In this document: positions 28,524 through 37,480 of the stretch, piece after piece
Numbering within the stretch: position 1 is the stretch's first letter
How the letters are laid out: each line of letters opens with the position of its first letter
Origin: a virus
Lineage: Duplodnaviria; Caudoviricetes
Length of the DNA: 64,000 bases
Reading direction: 5' to 3' (one strand)
Virus record (IMG/VR): IMGVR_UViG_3300032007_000001
Notes under the pieces: model-generated
The model's input: only the letters and a program-made list of their open reading frames with translations
Database searches by the model: none
Told to the model about the DNA's origin: nothing
Translations under genes and position numbers: made by a program

Positions 28524-28907
28524 TTGTTATATATGACTGTATATGTATTGCCAAAATTATATGCTGATATTTTTGAATATTTAGCCAAAAAAATAAAAAT
28601 TAAAAAAGATATAGATTTATTAAAAAAAGGTTTTACTAATTATTATGAACCAGAATATTTTTTTAGCAGAGCAATAAAATATAACGATAATTACGATGTT
28701 TCGTTTTGTATTTCAGTTTCTAAAAAAACAACGAAAGTTAAAGAAGTATCTATAATTGATGAAAATTTTGGTCAGCCACATTTTTGCGATAAGATAGCAT
28801 TTGACCAAATTGTTGGTTATTTGAAAGATTTGATTAAAAAAGAAGCCATAGAAGAGATAGATTGGAAAGATATTGAAAAAAGAAAAATAAAACAATTTGG
28901 GCAATAA
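28524..28907 (+). CDS. Hypothetical protein
   Basis: 127 aa, AGGAGG RBS; IIDENFGQP motif. Confidence 0.65.
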   Translation: MLYMTVYVLPKLYADIFEYLAKKIKIKKDIDLLKKGFTNYYEPEYFFSRAIKYNDNYDVSFCISVSKKTTKVKEVSIIDENFGQPHFCDKIAFDQIVGYLKDLIKKEAIEEIDWKDIEKRKIKQFGQ

Positions 28908-28909
28908 TT

Positions 28910-29398
28910 ATGAATAATTGGATTAATAATATAGACGAAAACAATATAAAAGTAAAACGTTACTGCAAACAATGCCATAAGCCGATGGTTTATGTTGACA
29001 AAAATAATCACATGATATATAAAAATCATGATGACATTTGCAGTTTTTGTTATGATAAAAAATATCTATTATTTATTGATGATTATTATGTGTTAGGCAA
29101 AGATTTTGATATTGATGTAACAAAAATAAGAATAAGTATTAGGCATGCATTATCGGGTTATCATACGAGAAGCGGATATAAGATAGTTATATATTTTTAT
29201 GATAATAGTGAAAAAAATTGGTATATATCATTTTTATTTAAGTTTGAAGAATTAATTAAGCTAACATATAATCAATTGATTGAATATAGAAATAAAAACA
29301 AATACGATATATTAAACGATAAATTTATAAAATATTTATATGATTGTTCTGAAGAAACATTTAATAAATACGACTTAAAAATGTATATTGGATTGTAA
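28910..29398 (+). CDS. Hypothetical protein, C-terminal GL family, N-terminal CxxC..CxxC
   Basis: CKQC...CSFC; ends KMYIGL. Confidence 0.65.
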   Translation: MNNWINNIDENNIKVKRYCKQCHKPMVYVDKNNHMIYKNHDDICSFCYDKKYLLFIDDYYVLGKDFDIDVTKIRISIRHALSGYHTRSGYKIVIYFYDNSEKNWYISFLFKFEELIKLTYNQLIEYRNKNKYDILNDKFIKYLYDCSEETFNKYDLKMYIGL

Positions 29399-29441
29399 AA
29401 ACAAAAACAACCAAAACATTAATTTTGGTTGTTTTTGTTTT
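29399..29441. terminator. Long bidirectional hairpin terminator
   Basis: AAACAAAAACAACCAAAA/TTTTGGTTGTTTTTGTTT. Confidence 0.7.
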
Positions 29442-29635
29442 GTGGGTAAATCCATTATGAAATTTAGGAGGTTGTGGCTAACAACAATTTATTCTATACA
29501 AAAAATAAATATGTTTTTTAATTATATGCTTCGTCAATTTTATTTATAACTTCTTTATAAAAATTATTCGTGTTAAATACCTCTTTTTTTATTATTTTTA
29601 CTATTAAATACATAATATTTCTAATGTAAAAAATT

Positions 29636-30223
29636 TTAATTTATCCATTTTATAATTGTGTTTCCAGTAAATCCTTTTTCCCATACAAACCATGCATAAC
29701 ATACAGCAGAACCATTTGTAAATTTTCCGTTTTTTCCACATTCAAGTCTTGACGAACTTACATATATTGTTTTTGGTGGATTTGATAGAAAGAAATTTTT
29801 TCTTTTTTTCCCTTCTAAGAATTGAAGTTTCAAAAACATTGCCATTTTGTTTCCAGTATTTAATATTTCAATTCCTCTTTGACAAAATTCCAATGCATAT
29901 TTATATGGCGGATTTGTAATGATATCTCCATTAAAATCGTTTATTGGATTTTCTTCTAAAAAATCCATTTGCGTTCCAAATCCTCTGTAGTATAAATCGG
30001 TTGATACTACTTCATATCCATGTTTTTCCAATTCTTTTGATATGTGTCCTTCTCCGCATGCTGGTTCCCATATATTATGATTGAATTTTTCTACTTCCAA
30101 AAGTAACGTTACGGCTTTTGGGTCAGTTGCATAATAATCTTCTTTTTGTCTGTTTTCATATGAATGGTTTGATGCACCCAATGTCTTAAAAACAGATGTA
30201 CTATTTCCAGTCCAATCTTGCAC
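29636..30223 (-). CDS. Orphan DNA amino-(N6-adenine) methyltransferase
   Basis: DYYATD, WEPACGEG (motif I), IITNPPY (motif IV). Confidence 0.8.
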   Translation of the reverse strand: MQDWTGNSTSVFKTLGASNHSYENRQKEDYYATDPKAVTLLLEVEKFNHNIWEPACGEGHISKELEKHGYEVVSTDLYYRGFGTQMDFLEENPINDFNGDIITNPPYKYALEFCQRGIEILNTGNKMAMFLKLQFLEGKKRKNFFLSNPPKTIYVSSSRLECGKNGKFTNGSAVCYAWFVWEKGFTGNTIIKWIN

Positions 30224-30334
30224 TTATATTCCTCCTTTATTTATATTATTTAGTGTTATACAAATTTTATTTTTTTTAAGATAGAAGTTCAAAAATTTTG
30301 ATTTTTGATAGAATAATTTAGGAAGTGATGTGTT

Positions 30335-31144
30335 TTGTTGAAGTTAAATAACGATGATATAAAATTAATGAATCAATATATAGAGGAAACAAGAAATACC
30401 GTTGACGAAAATAGATATAAAGAAAATATCTTAAAAATTTTTAAGTTGGCAGTAAAAGGAGAATTGTTTGTATCTGCTGGATATGTATTGAATGTTGGTA
30501 ATTATTATGATTGGATTTGCGATGAAATACTTGATGTTTTTGAGAATTTTTTGAGTGAAAATGATATATTAAGTGATTTATATTTTTCATTAGATATTGA
30601 AAATGACATAGTATCTACAGATGATTTTGCGAAAGCTGTTGGAAATGCATTTAATATCATATGCGCAACGAAAAAAACAGCTGATGTAAAATTTTCTCCA
30701 GCACAGCAATCATTAAAAGCTCTTGGCGGAGAAGGTAAAAAGATATTACAACAATTGGAAGCATTTAAGTTTAAGCTTGAACAAGCCGCTAGAATTTCTG
30801 GAAATAATGAATCAGCTGCTAAAAAGATAATGCAAAATTCTGGTATTATCGACAAAATCATGTCTTCTTTATATTCTGTTGTATTTAATGTAACAAATAT
30901 TGATGTTGTTCCAGTATATGATAATGAACAAATTAATATAAGTAATGAATCCAAACCAGATGTTGAGAAGAACGAATATAATATAAAAGATGAATTACCA
31001 GAAGAAGAAGAACAAGAAGAAGAAATAGAAGAAATTGAAGAAACGCCAGAAGATAATAAAGAAGAAAATAATGAAGAAGAAGATATGAGAGAAGAAAACG
31101 AAGAAGAGGAAACAGAAGAAAAGGAAGAGAGTGAAGAATCTTGA
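30335..31144 (+). CDS. Putative head-assembly protein with Glu-rich tail
   Basis: Internal KKTAD; poly-Glu C-terminus. Confidence 0.55.
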   Translation: MLKLNNDDIKLMNQYIEETRNTVDENRYKENILKIFKLAVKGELFVSAGYVLNVGNYYDWICDEILDVFENFLSENDILSDLYFSLDIENDIVSTDDFAKAVGNAFNIICATKKTADVKFSPAQQSLKALGGEGKKILQQLEAFKFKLEQAARISGNNESAAKKIMQNSGIIDKIMSSLYSVVFNVTNIDVVPVYDNEQINISNESKPDVEKNEYNIKDELPEEEEQEEEIEEIEETPEDNKEENNEEEDMREENEEEETEEKEESEES

Positions 31145-32034
31145 AGCTTAGAATAACAAAAAAAGAAAAACCGTATATGAGAATATCATATGCAATGTTA
31201 TATCCTAAAAAAGCATTTAAGAAAAATGATAGAATTAAAAACAATGATAAATATGGAAGAATATCAAAAATAGAAAAAGAAAGTATTCAAATTACATATG
31301 ATGATAAATCAGTAGAAACAATAAATAAAAAAGATGCTAGTGCTATTTTAGAAATTGTTAATGTAACAACCGAAACAATTCCAGAACCAATAAAAGAAAA
31401 TAAAATTGTTGAAAAACCTAAAAAGGCAACTAAAAAGAAAAGCGTCGCAAAACCTAAAGATAGAATACAAGAAATACTTGAATTAGCTGTTAAAAAAGGT
31501 GAAATAGAAAAAGATGAAATGGACATCAAAAGAGTAGAATTGGAAATGCTTGATGATGACCAATTAAATGAATATGAAAGAAAAGTAATGGATTCTTATG
31601 ATGAAGATGTTTCTGTTGAAGATACAGTTGAAGAAGATATAGAAATGACTCCAGCAGAAAGAGCTTTAGCAGAATTAAGAGCAAATGGAAAAGCACAAAC
31701 AAGTACAGTTGCTTTTTCCAGTGATTCTGGTTCAAGGTCTTTATCTGAAGCTAAAATAGACCACGATATGGAAATGGAAGAATTAAAATCTATGATGAAT
31801 GCTGGAAACGTTACGAAAGATGGATTAACATTAGATTTTGGATTGGAAAATATGAATACTAATTTTATGAAAAGAAAAGCATCAGTCCAAAATGAATTTG
31901 TTAGACCAGAGACTCATTCAATGCAAAATTTACATGGTTTAACAACGCCATTGGTACAATCTTCTCCAACATCTTTTGATTCATTAAAAGACAGACTTGG
32001 ACAAATAGATTGGACTATGGGTAGTGGGAGATAA
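31141..32034 (+). CDS. Putative head-assembly protein
   Basis: 297 aa; KRKAS; C-terminal SLKDRLGQIDW resembles the protease C-terminus SLSDKLKNLPW. Confidence 0.55.
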   Translation: MKLRITKKEKPYMRISYAMLYPKKAFKKNDRIKNNDKYGRISKIEKESIQITYDDKSVETINKKDASAILEIVNVTTETIPEPIKENKIVEKPKKATKKKSVAKPKDRIQEILELAVKKGEIEKDEMDIKRVELEMLDDDQLNEYERKVMDSYDEDVSVEDTVEEDIEMTPAERALAELRANGKAQTSTVAFSSDSGSRSLSEAKIDHDMEMEELKSMMNAGNVTKDGLTLDFGLENMNTNFMKRKASVQNEFVRPETHSMQNLHGLTTPLVQSSPTSFDSLKDRLGQIDWTMGSGR

Positions 32035-32054
32035 AAAATAAAGAAGGTTTTTAC

Positions 32055-32171
32055 ATGGAAAATTTATTTGATACATTAGTCGGATTTATAGTCGGCGCGA
32101 TGATGGCATTTACATATAGAGACAGAATAGAATTTTTTATGAAAATGATGATAAATAAAAGAGAGGATTAA
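32055..32171 (+). CDS. Small membrane peptide (38 aa)
   Basis: MENLFDTLVGFIVGAMMAFTY... with RBS. Confidence 0.4.
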   Translation: MENLFDTLVGFIVGAMMAFTYRDRIEFFMKMMINKRED

Positions 32172-32184
32172 TTCCTCTCTTTTT
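32157..32184. terminator. Repeated terminator (GAGAGGATT type, copy 3)
   Basis: GAGAGGATTAATTCCTCTC. Confidence 0.7.
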
Positions 32185-32284
32185 GTTTGATTATATAAAT
32201 TATTTTTTTGTTTTTAAGTGAGAATCTTGTGATATTTTGTTAAAAATAGGAGAAGTAGTTTTAAGGTTTCGCAATTAAAGGAGA

Positions 32285-32887
32285 GTGTTTAACATGGATG
32301 TTAAAGCAATTTCTAGTATCAATCTTTATGCAAATTATGAACAAAAGTACACAAAACAATCGAAACAAGAAGAGAAAAAAGACGAAGCGTTTGAAGTAGA
32401 AATATCTGAAGAAGCCAAAGAAATACAAAAAGGATTGTCTACTGATGAAGTAAATGCTTTACAGGATAGTATAGCAAAAAGCCAAGAAGTAATGATTCAA
32501 GTATTGACTGAACAAAATGCAAAAATTCAAGGTTGGCTGGATGAAGGAATTACAAAATTTAATTTTGAAGGTCTTCAAATAGACGTATCTAGATTTGATT
32601 TTCCAGAGATAGCCACAACACCAGAAGAAGCGCAAAAAGCAATTTCAGAAGGTGGAGAATGGTCTGTTAATGCTGTAAGTGATAGGATTTTTGGATTAGC
32701 AGAAGCATTAGCTGGTGGAGATAAAAACAAATTGGAAGAAATGAGAGCAGCTGTTGAAGAAGGATTTAAGCAAGCTGGAATTTCATGGAAAAATATTACA
32801 GACCAAAATGATATGCCACAAATAACAAAAGATACTCATGATGAAATAATGAAACGATTTGATAATGCTTTGCAAGGGGATGACTAG
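32285..32887 (+). CDS. Host-like conserved protein (DUF5610-like)
   Basis: TPEEAQKAISEGGEWSVNAVSDRIFGLAEALAGGD...GFKQA motif known from flagellated anaerobes. Confidence 0.6.
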   Translation: MFNMDVKAISSINLYANYEQKYTKQSKQEEKKDEAFEVEISEEAKEIQKGLSTDEVNALQDSIAKSQEVMIQVLTEQNAKIQGWLDEGITKFNFEGLQIDVSRFDFPEIATTPEEAQKAISEGGEWSVNAVSDRIFGLAEALAGGDKNKLEEMRAAVEEGFKQAGISWKNITDQNDMPQITKDTHDEIMKRFDNALQGDD

Positions 32888-32888
32888 A

Positions 32889-33626
32889 ATGTACAACGTT
32901 TCTTCGTTATCAAAAACTTTAATTTCAATGAATAGTCTTCCTTTCAAAAATTCTGTCATAAAAAACAATATTCCATCGGATTCATTTTTTGAAGTTAATA
33001 CTAACTTTAAGAATATTGAAAGCGATTATAATAAAGCAAAAGAAACATTCAATAAAGAATTAAATTCCAATATTGATAGTCTTAAAAAATCTTCAAAAGA
33101 CTTAAAGAAAACAGATTTCAATTTTTCAAAAGATGATTTAACTGAAGAGAAAAAAGATGGAAAAACAGTTACTAAAAAAAGTGATAAATTAAAAGATACG
33201 CTTAAGAAAATTGGAAATTTTTTAAGCGATAGAAATGACATTAATGATTTTTTGAAAGAAAATAAAGAAATATCAAAAAGAGTTTCAAATCTACATAATT
33301 CTTTTTCCGATACTATATATAAATCAAAACAATTGTCAGAAATCGGAATTCATGTTGATAGAGATGGCAATATGAAAGTCGATGAAGATAAATTGGCTGA
33401 TAGTTTAGTAAAGGATTCAAAAAAGACAGAAGATATTATCAAAAATCTTGTGGATAAGACAATTGATAAAACTACGTCTTTGGAATCACAAAAGGAAAAG
33501 TTATTCCCAAATATATCGGCAATGATGGGAAAGGATTATGATAGAGCTAAAACATACACAGGACAATCTTTACTCAATATCGCTTCATACTCTTATCTCG
33601 GAAATATGTTTGAAATGTATGCTTAA
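32889..33626 (+). CDS. FliD C-terminal-like (flagellar cap related) protein
   Basis: LSEIGIHVDRDGNMKVDEDKLADSL matches the FliD_C-type motif. Confidence 0.55.
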   Translation: MYNVSSLSKTLISMNSLPFKNSVIKNNIPSDSFFEVNTNFKNIESDYNKAKETFNKELNSNIDSLKKSSKDLKKTDFNFSKDDLTEEKKDGKTVTKKSDKLKDTLKKIGNFLSDRNDINDFLKENKEISKRVSNLHNSFSDTIYKSKQLSEIGIHVDRDGNMKVDEDKLADSLVKDSKKTEDIIKNLVDKTIDKTTSLESQKEKLFPNISAMMGKDYDRAKTYTGQSLLNIASYSYLGNMFEMYA

Positions 33627-33653
33627 AAAAGAGAGGATTCAATCCTCTCTTTT
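33625..33653. terminator. Repeated bidirectional terminator (GAGAGGATT type, copy 4)
   Basis: GAGAGGATT-C-AATCCTCTC. Confidence 0.75.
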
Positions 33654-34740
33654 ATATTTTTAATTCCAATTTATATGGCTTAAAATTTTCTTTTTCAACG
33701 GTCATTGTATAAATGCCTTCATCTAAATTTAATGTAAATGTTCCGTCAATTCCAGTATACGTTTCACCAATCATTTGATTGTCTTTATATACTACTAAAT
33801 GAGCATTTGCTATTCCATTCCCATGAGCATCTTGTACTACATCACTAATAGATTTATTTCCGACAGTGGTATTAATACCAGAGAGTACAGTAGAAGATGA
33901 TGAAGAAAACTCTTCAATGGTCTTTTCTCCATTGTTAGAAATATTCATCTTGAACTTCTTTTGTGTTCCTGATGGTAATTCTATTTTAACGATATAAGCT
34001 CCTTCATCTAAAAATGCTTTCCATTTACCTTTTTCTCCAGTTTTTACAGAAAGCAATAAATTATCTGGCTCATCTAATTTATAAAAATCTATTTTTACAT
34101 TTTCCAATCCTAACCCAGTTTTATCTGTAAAAGTATCTTCTATTTGGAAAAATCCTACGCCAAGTTTTTTATCGTTTTTATGTTCCAACGAAATAGTATT
34201 AAATTGTACTTCGCTATTTTCGTCTCCAATTTGGACTCTTACATTTTTAGTTTCGTAATTGTCTAATGAAAAAACAAATTCAAATTCTCCAGGATATGCA
34301 TATGCTTCCCATCCACCAGAATAATCTGTTTGCGTTGTATAAACAATATTATTGTCTATAAGATTAACAATTTTTATATTAACGTGTTCAAGTAATTTAT
34401 TACTTGTCATATCATCAACGATACCATATATTTTTATAGCATCGTTTGCGATTTCGTTTTTATTTGTTAATGTAATCGTTACTATATTATTTATTTTTTC
34501 ATTATTATATGTTCCTTCATATACAACTACATAATCTCCAGTTGATTCACATATGTTAGAGTCAAATTGATAGATATATCCATCATCCATTGGAGACATT
34601 TCTTTCCATGGCATATCTTCATATACTTTTCCATCTTTTTCGTGTAATACTCTAACTCTTGGCCCATCAACTAAAACAACGTTATCTTCTGACTTAAATT
34701 CTATATATAAAGGTATTTGGTCGCCTTTGAAGTGTTTCAA
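33652..34740 (-). CDS. Beta-sandwich repeat protein (carboxypeptidase-regulatory-like), probably virion
   Basis: Three repeats of D..G..L.NV.I...T...G.W...L.EG.Y. Confidence 0.65.
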   Translation of the reverse strand: MKHFKGDQIPLYIEFKSEDNVVLVDGPRVRVLHEKDGKVYEDMPWKEMSPMDDGYIYQFDSNICESTGDYVVVYEGTYNNEKINNIVTITLTNKNEIANDAIKIYGIVDDMTSNKLLEHVNIKIVNLIDNNIVYTTQTDYSGGWEAYAYPGEFEFVFSLDNYETKNVRVQIGDENSEVQFNTISLEHKNDKKLGVGFFQIEDTFTDKTGLGLENVKIDFYKLDEPDNLLLSVKTGEKGKWKAFLDEGAYIVKIELPSGTQKKFKMNISNNGEKTIEEFSSSSSTVLSGINTTVGNKSISDVVQDAHGNGIANAHLVVYKDNQMIGETYTGIDGTFTLNLDEGIYTMTVEKENFKPYKLELKI

Positions 34741-34761
34741 GGTCTATCTCTCCTTAAAATT

Positions 34762-34792
34762 AAAAAAGTGGAAGCATTATGCTTCCACTTTT
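34762..34792 (-). terminator. Intrinsic terminator after scaffold-like gene
   Basis: AAAAGTGGAAGC/GCTTCCACTTTT. Confidence 0.75.
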
Positions 34793-34799
34793 AATTATC

Positions 34800-36191
34800 T
34801 TAGAACTTGAATTGCAGACCTTCAGCACCGAGTCTGGAAGCTACACGACGCTGAATACGACGAGTAGCAACTTTGCTACCAGATTCGAATTCCTTAGAAG
34901 CAATTACATCAATTGCTTTCTTGCACTGTTCGATTGTATCTTCGGTTTCGTCAACAACAGCTTCTGCAATCTTTCTAATAGCTTCATCACATTCTGCTTT
35001 TGTAATATCACTTGAAGCTGTCTTGCGAATAGCTTCACGGCTTACTTTCTTATCAAATGTGCATTCAATACCTTCCTTGCAGAGGATATTGGAAAGACGA
35101 GTAAGTGAAGCAGAAACGTACTTAGCTGGGAATTCAGCCTTTACTAATTCTTCCGCATCCGAGAGGATTTTTTCCATCTGATTGTCAAGCTTTTCAGCTA
35201 CACGAGCTGAAATCTTTGCAATCTTTTCAGAATTAGCTGTATGAACAGCAGCTGCTTTCTTTATCTGTTCTTCTTTTTCTTTCTTTTTGCCAAGGATAGA
35301 AGCAATAATTGGATTTTCTCTCTTCATTGGCTTCTTTTCAACTTCGGCAGTTTTTTCTTTAACCTTTTCTACCTTTTCAGCAATCTTTTCTTCTTTTTCA
35401 GCAACCTTTTCAGAACACTGGTCGCCGCATTCTTTTTCAGCTTCCATATCATGTTCTGCTGGAACTTCTTCAGTTTCAGCCGTAACTTCTTCTACTGGAG
35501 TTTCTTCAACTTCGGCAGTAACTTCTTCAGCGGCTGCTTCTTTAACTTCTTCTTCTTTTTCCTCTTCAACAGGAGCCTCTTCAGCAGGAACTTCCTCTAC
35601 AGGTGCTTCTTCAGTAACTTCTTCAACTGGAGCTTCTTCTTCAGCTGGTACTTCTTCGGCAGGAGCTTCCTCAACTGGAGCTTCTTCAACGATTTCATTG
35701 AAGACACCAAGTTCTTCTGCTTTATAAGGATTTGTAGCGCGACCAGCTGGTGTTGTGCGGTCTACTGCATTTTCCTGTGCAATCTTTTCTTCTGTTTCTG
35801 TTGCGGTTTGCTGCATTTCGGGAACTTCATATGAATCACGAACTTCGTAATCATAAACGTTACCAGGGTCAACACAAGCCTTTTCAGCTGGGTCAGTTAC
35901 CTTCTTATCTGAAATCTCAGCAATCTTTTGAAGGACAATACCCTCACCCTTCTTATCTTTGTAAGAAGCATTTACAACCTTCCAACCAAAACCTTTATAG
36001 GCAACAGTGTTGCCATTCTGAGCCTTTGGAACGAGGTCTTTGCGAATAATAACTCTCTTTGCGAGCTTAACTTTTTCGCTAGCGGTTTTTTCTTCGACTT
36101 TCTTAGCAGAAGCTGTCTTCTGAAGTTTTTGTTCCTGTTTCTTCTTCAGGTCTTCTGCAACTTTGTCGAGCCACGAAATCTTACGATTCAT
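34800..36191 (-). CDS. Scaffold/prohead core-like protein
   Basis: EEAPVEE low-complexity repeats, many KTA/KVA/KIA motifs, highly expressed-type codon bias. Confidence 0.6.
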   Translation of the reverse strand: MNRKISWLDKVAEDLKKKQEQKLQKTASAKKVEEKTASEKVKLAKRVIIRKDLVPKAQNGNTVAYKGFGWKVVNASYKDKKGEGIVLQKIAEISDKKVTDPAEKACVDPGNVYDYEVRDSYEVPEMQQTATETEEKIAQENAVDRTTPAGRATNPYKAEELGVFNEIVEEAPVEEAPAEEVPAEEEAPVEEVTEEAPVEEVPAEEAPVEEEKEEEVKEAAAEEVTAEVEETPVEEVTAETEEVPAEHDMEAEKECGDQCSEKVAEKEEKIAEKVEKVKEKTAEVEKKPMKRENPIIASILGKKKEKEEQIKKAAAVHTANSEKIAKISARVAEKLDNQMEKILSDAEELVKAEFPAKYVSASLTRLSNILCKEGIECTFDKKVSREAIRKTASSDITKAECDEAIRKIAEAVVDETEDTIEQCKKAIDVIASKEFESGSKVATRRIQRRVASRLGAEGLQFKF

Positions 36192-36754
36192 TTATGTTCA
36201 ACTCCATTGTTATCTTTTTTAGAACCTTTTTTGTTCTTTTTGGGTTTCTCTTCTTTTTGTTCTTCCTTAGCTGTTTCTTTTTCAGCTTTTGGCAGAACAT
36301 CTTGTACGACGTTTCCGTTATTGTCAACACGTACGGATTTTTTATCTTCTTCTGAAATAACATTCTTTTCAGAAGAAGCACCATCTGCAACTACAATATC
36401 GTCGTCTTTCTTAACTTCATCTTTTGTTTTTTTGATAACATCTTCTGTACGAATAATATCATCTGTTTTGGGATGTTCTTTGTTTTCAATGATAACGCGG
36501 TCTTTCCCACCAACATCTTCAATTTTCGTTTTTACAGCTTCTTTTTCTTGAGGCTTTTCAACAGAAGCCTGTTTCTTTGGAAGTTTAACATCTACATGTT
36601 CAGCTTCCAAAAATTGTCCAAGATACTTCTTGATATCTTCTGATTTTTCAAAATCTTCATCAGAAATCATTCGTTCGGGACGATTATGTGCAAAAACTAA
36701 AGATAAGTCATTAACAATGACATTATAATTACCTGTCACTTTAATCTTATACAT
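36188..36754 (-). CDS. Hypothetical late protein
   Basis: 188 aa, coupled to the scaffold-like gene. Confidence 0.65.
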   Translation of the reverse strand: MYKIKVTGNYNVIVNDLSLVFAHNRPERMISDEDFEKSEDIKKYLGQFLEAEHVDVKLPKKQASVEKPQEKEAVKTKIEDVGGKDRVIIENKEHPKTDDIIRTEDVIKKTKDEVKKDDDIVVADGASSEKNVISEEDKKSVRVDNNGNVVQDVLPKAEKETAKEEQKEEKPKKNKKGSKKDNNGVEHK

Positions 36755-36874
36755 TAATTTTCCCCTTCAATCTATAAAATAATATTAGGAACACTTTTTA
36801 ACTCTATCAAGTTTATATTTCAAAATGATGATAGAACCTTTCATTAAAAAAAATAAGTTAAGTGTGCTTTTTTA

Positions 36875-37255
36875 TTATAACTTTTCAACAGTTTTGAATA
36901 TTTTTATATTCAAGATATCATTTTGAACGTTGTCAAGATGTTCATCCACAGCACTTAAAGAACTTTTAATGTCGTCTATATCGTTTTGAATTCCGCTAAT
37001 CAAAATAGCAGAATCTTTCACATAAGCTTGATTTTTTTGTAAATCACTTTGAAGTTGTAAAAATTTGTTATTTATATTTGACTGATTTTTTATTATTTCT
37101 CGTAATGTATTAACAACACCCTCTAGAATCAAATCGTTTTTTTTAGATAATGATTCTAATTTAGAATTTATTTCTTTTGATAAAGATTCTAATTTAGAGT
37201 TTATTTCTTTAATGAAATTTTTTGTATTGTTATCATCAAAATTTTCCAATCCCAT
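36875..37255 (-). CDS. Coiled-coil protein with an 11-aa tandem duplication
   Basis: KEINSKLESLS x2. Confidence 0.6.
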   Translation of the reverse strand: MGLENFDDNNTKNFIKEINSKLESLSKEINSKLESLSKKNDLILEGVVNTLREIIKNQSNINNKFLQLQSDLQKNQAYVKDSAILISGIQNDIDDIKSSLSAVDEHLDNVQNDILNIKIFKTVEKL

Positions 37256-37446
37256 TACATTCTTTCAGTCGCAGAATAACTAACTACAACTTCTCCCTTG
37301 CTGTTGATTTTGGCCGAAGCTTTCTTACTCGCACCGTCATCGACAGAAATCTTCTGGAGATTATTGCCAACAAGGAAATTAATAAGTTCACCCTTGGCAA
37401 ACTTCTCCCATTCTACATTTGACATTACAGTTGAATTATCAGACAT
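37255..37446 (-). CDS. Small hypothetical protein
   Basis: 63 aa, AAGGAG RBS. Confidence 0.65.
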   Translation of the reverse strand: MSDNSTVMSNVEWEKFAKGELINFLVGNNLQKISVDDGASKKASAKINSKGEVVVSYSATERM

Positions 37447-37480
37447 AAATTTGTCTCCTTTCTCTTTTTGTTTATTTTAT

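Noticed and set aside
18325-33653. Repeated palindromes as CRISPR or integron attC arrays
   Set aside because: Copies are dispersed, have no regular spacers, are flanked by A/T tracts at gene ends like terminators, and no cas or integrase gene is present
34779-36551. Plus-strand Ser/Phe-rich ORFs
   Set aside because: Antisense shadows of the Glu/Lys-rich scaffold-like gene
37140-37210. 33-nt tandem repeat as a regulatory element
   Set aside because: In-frame coding duplication in a coiled-coil protein
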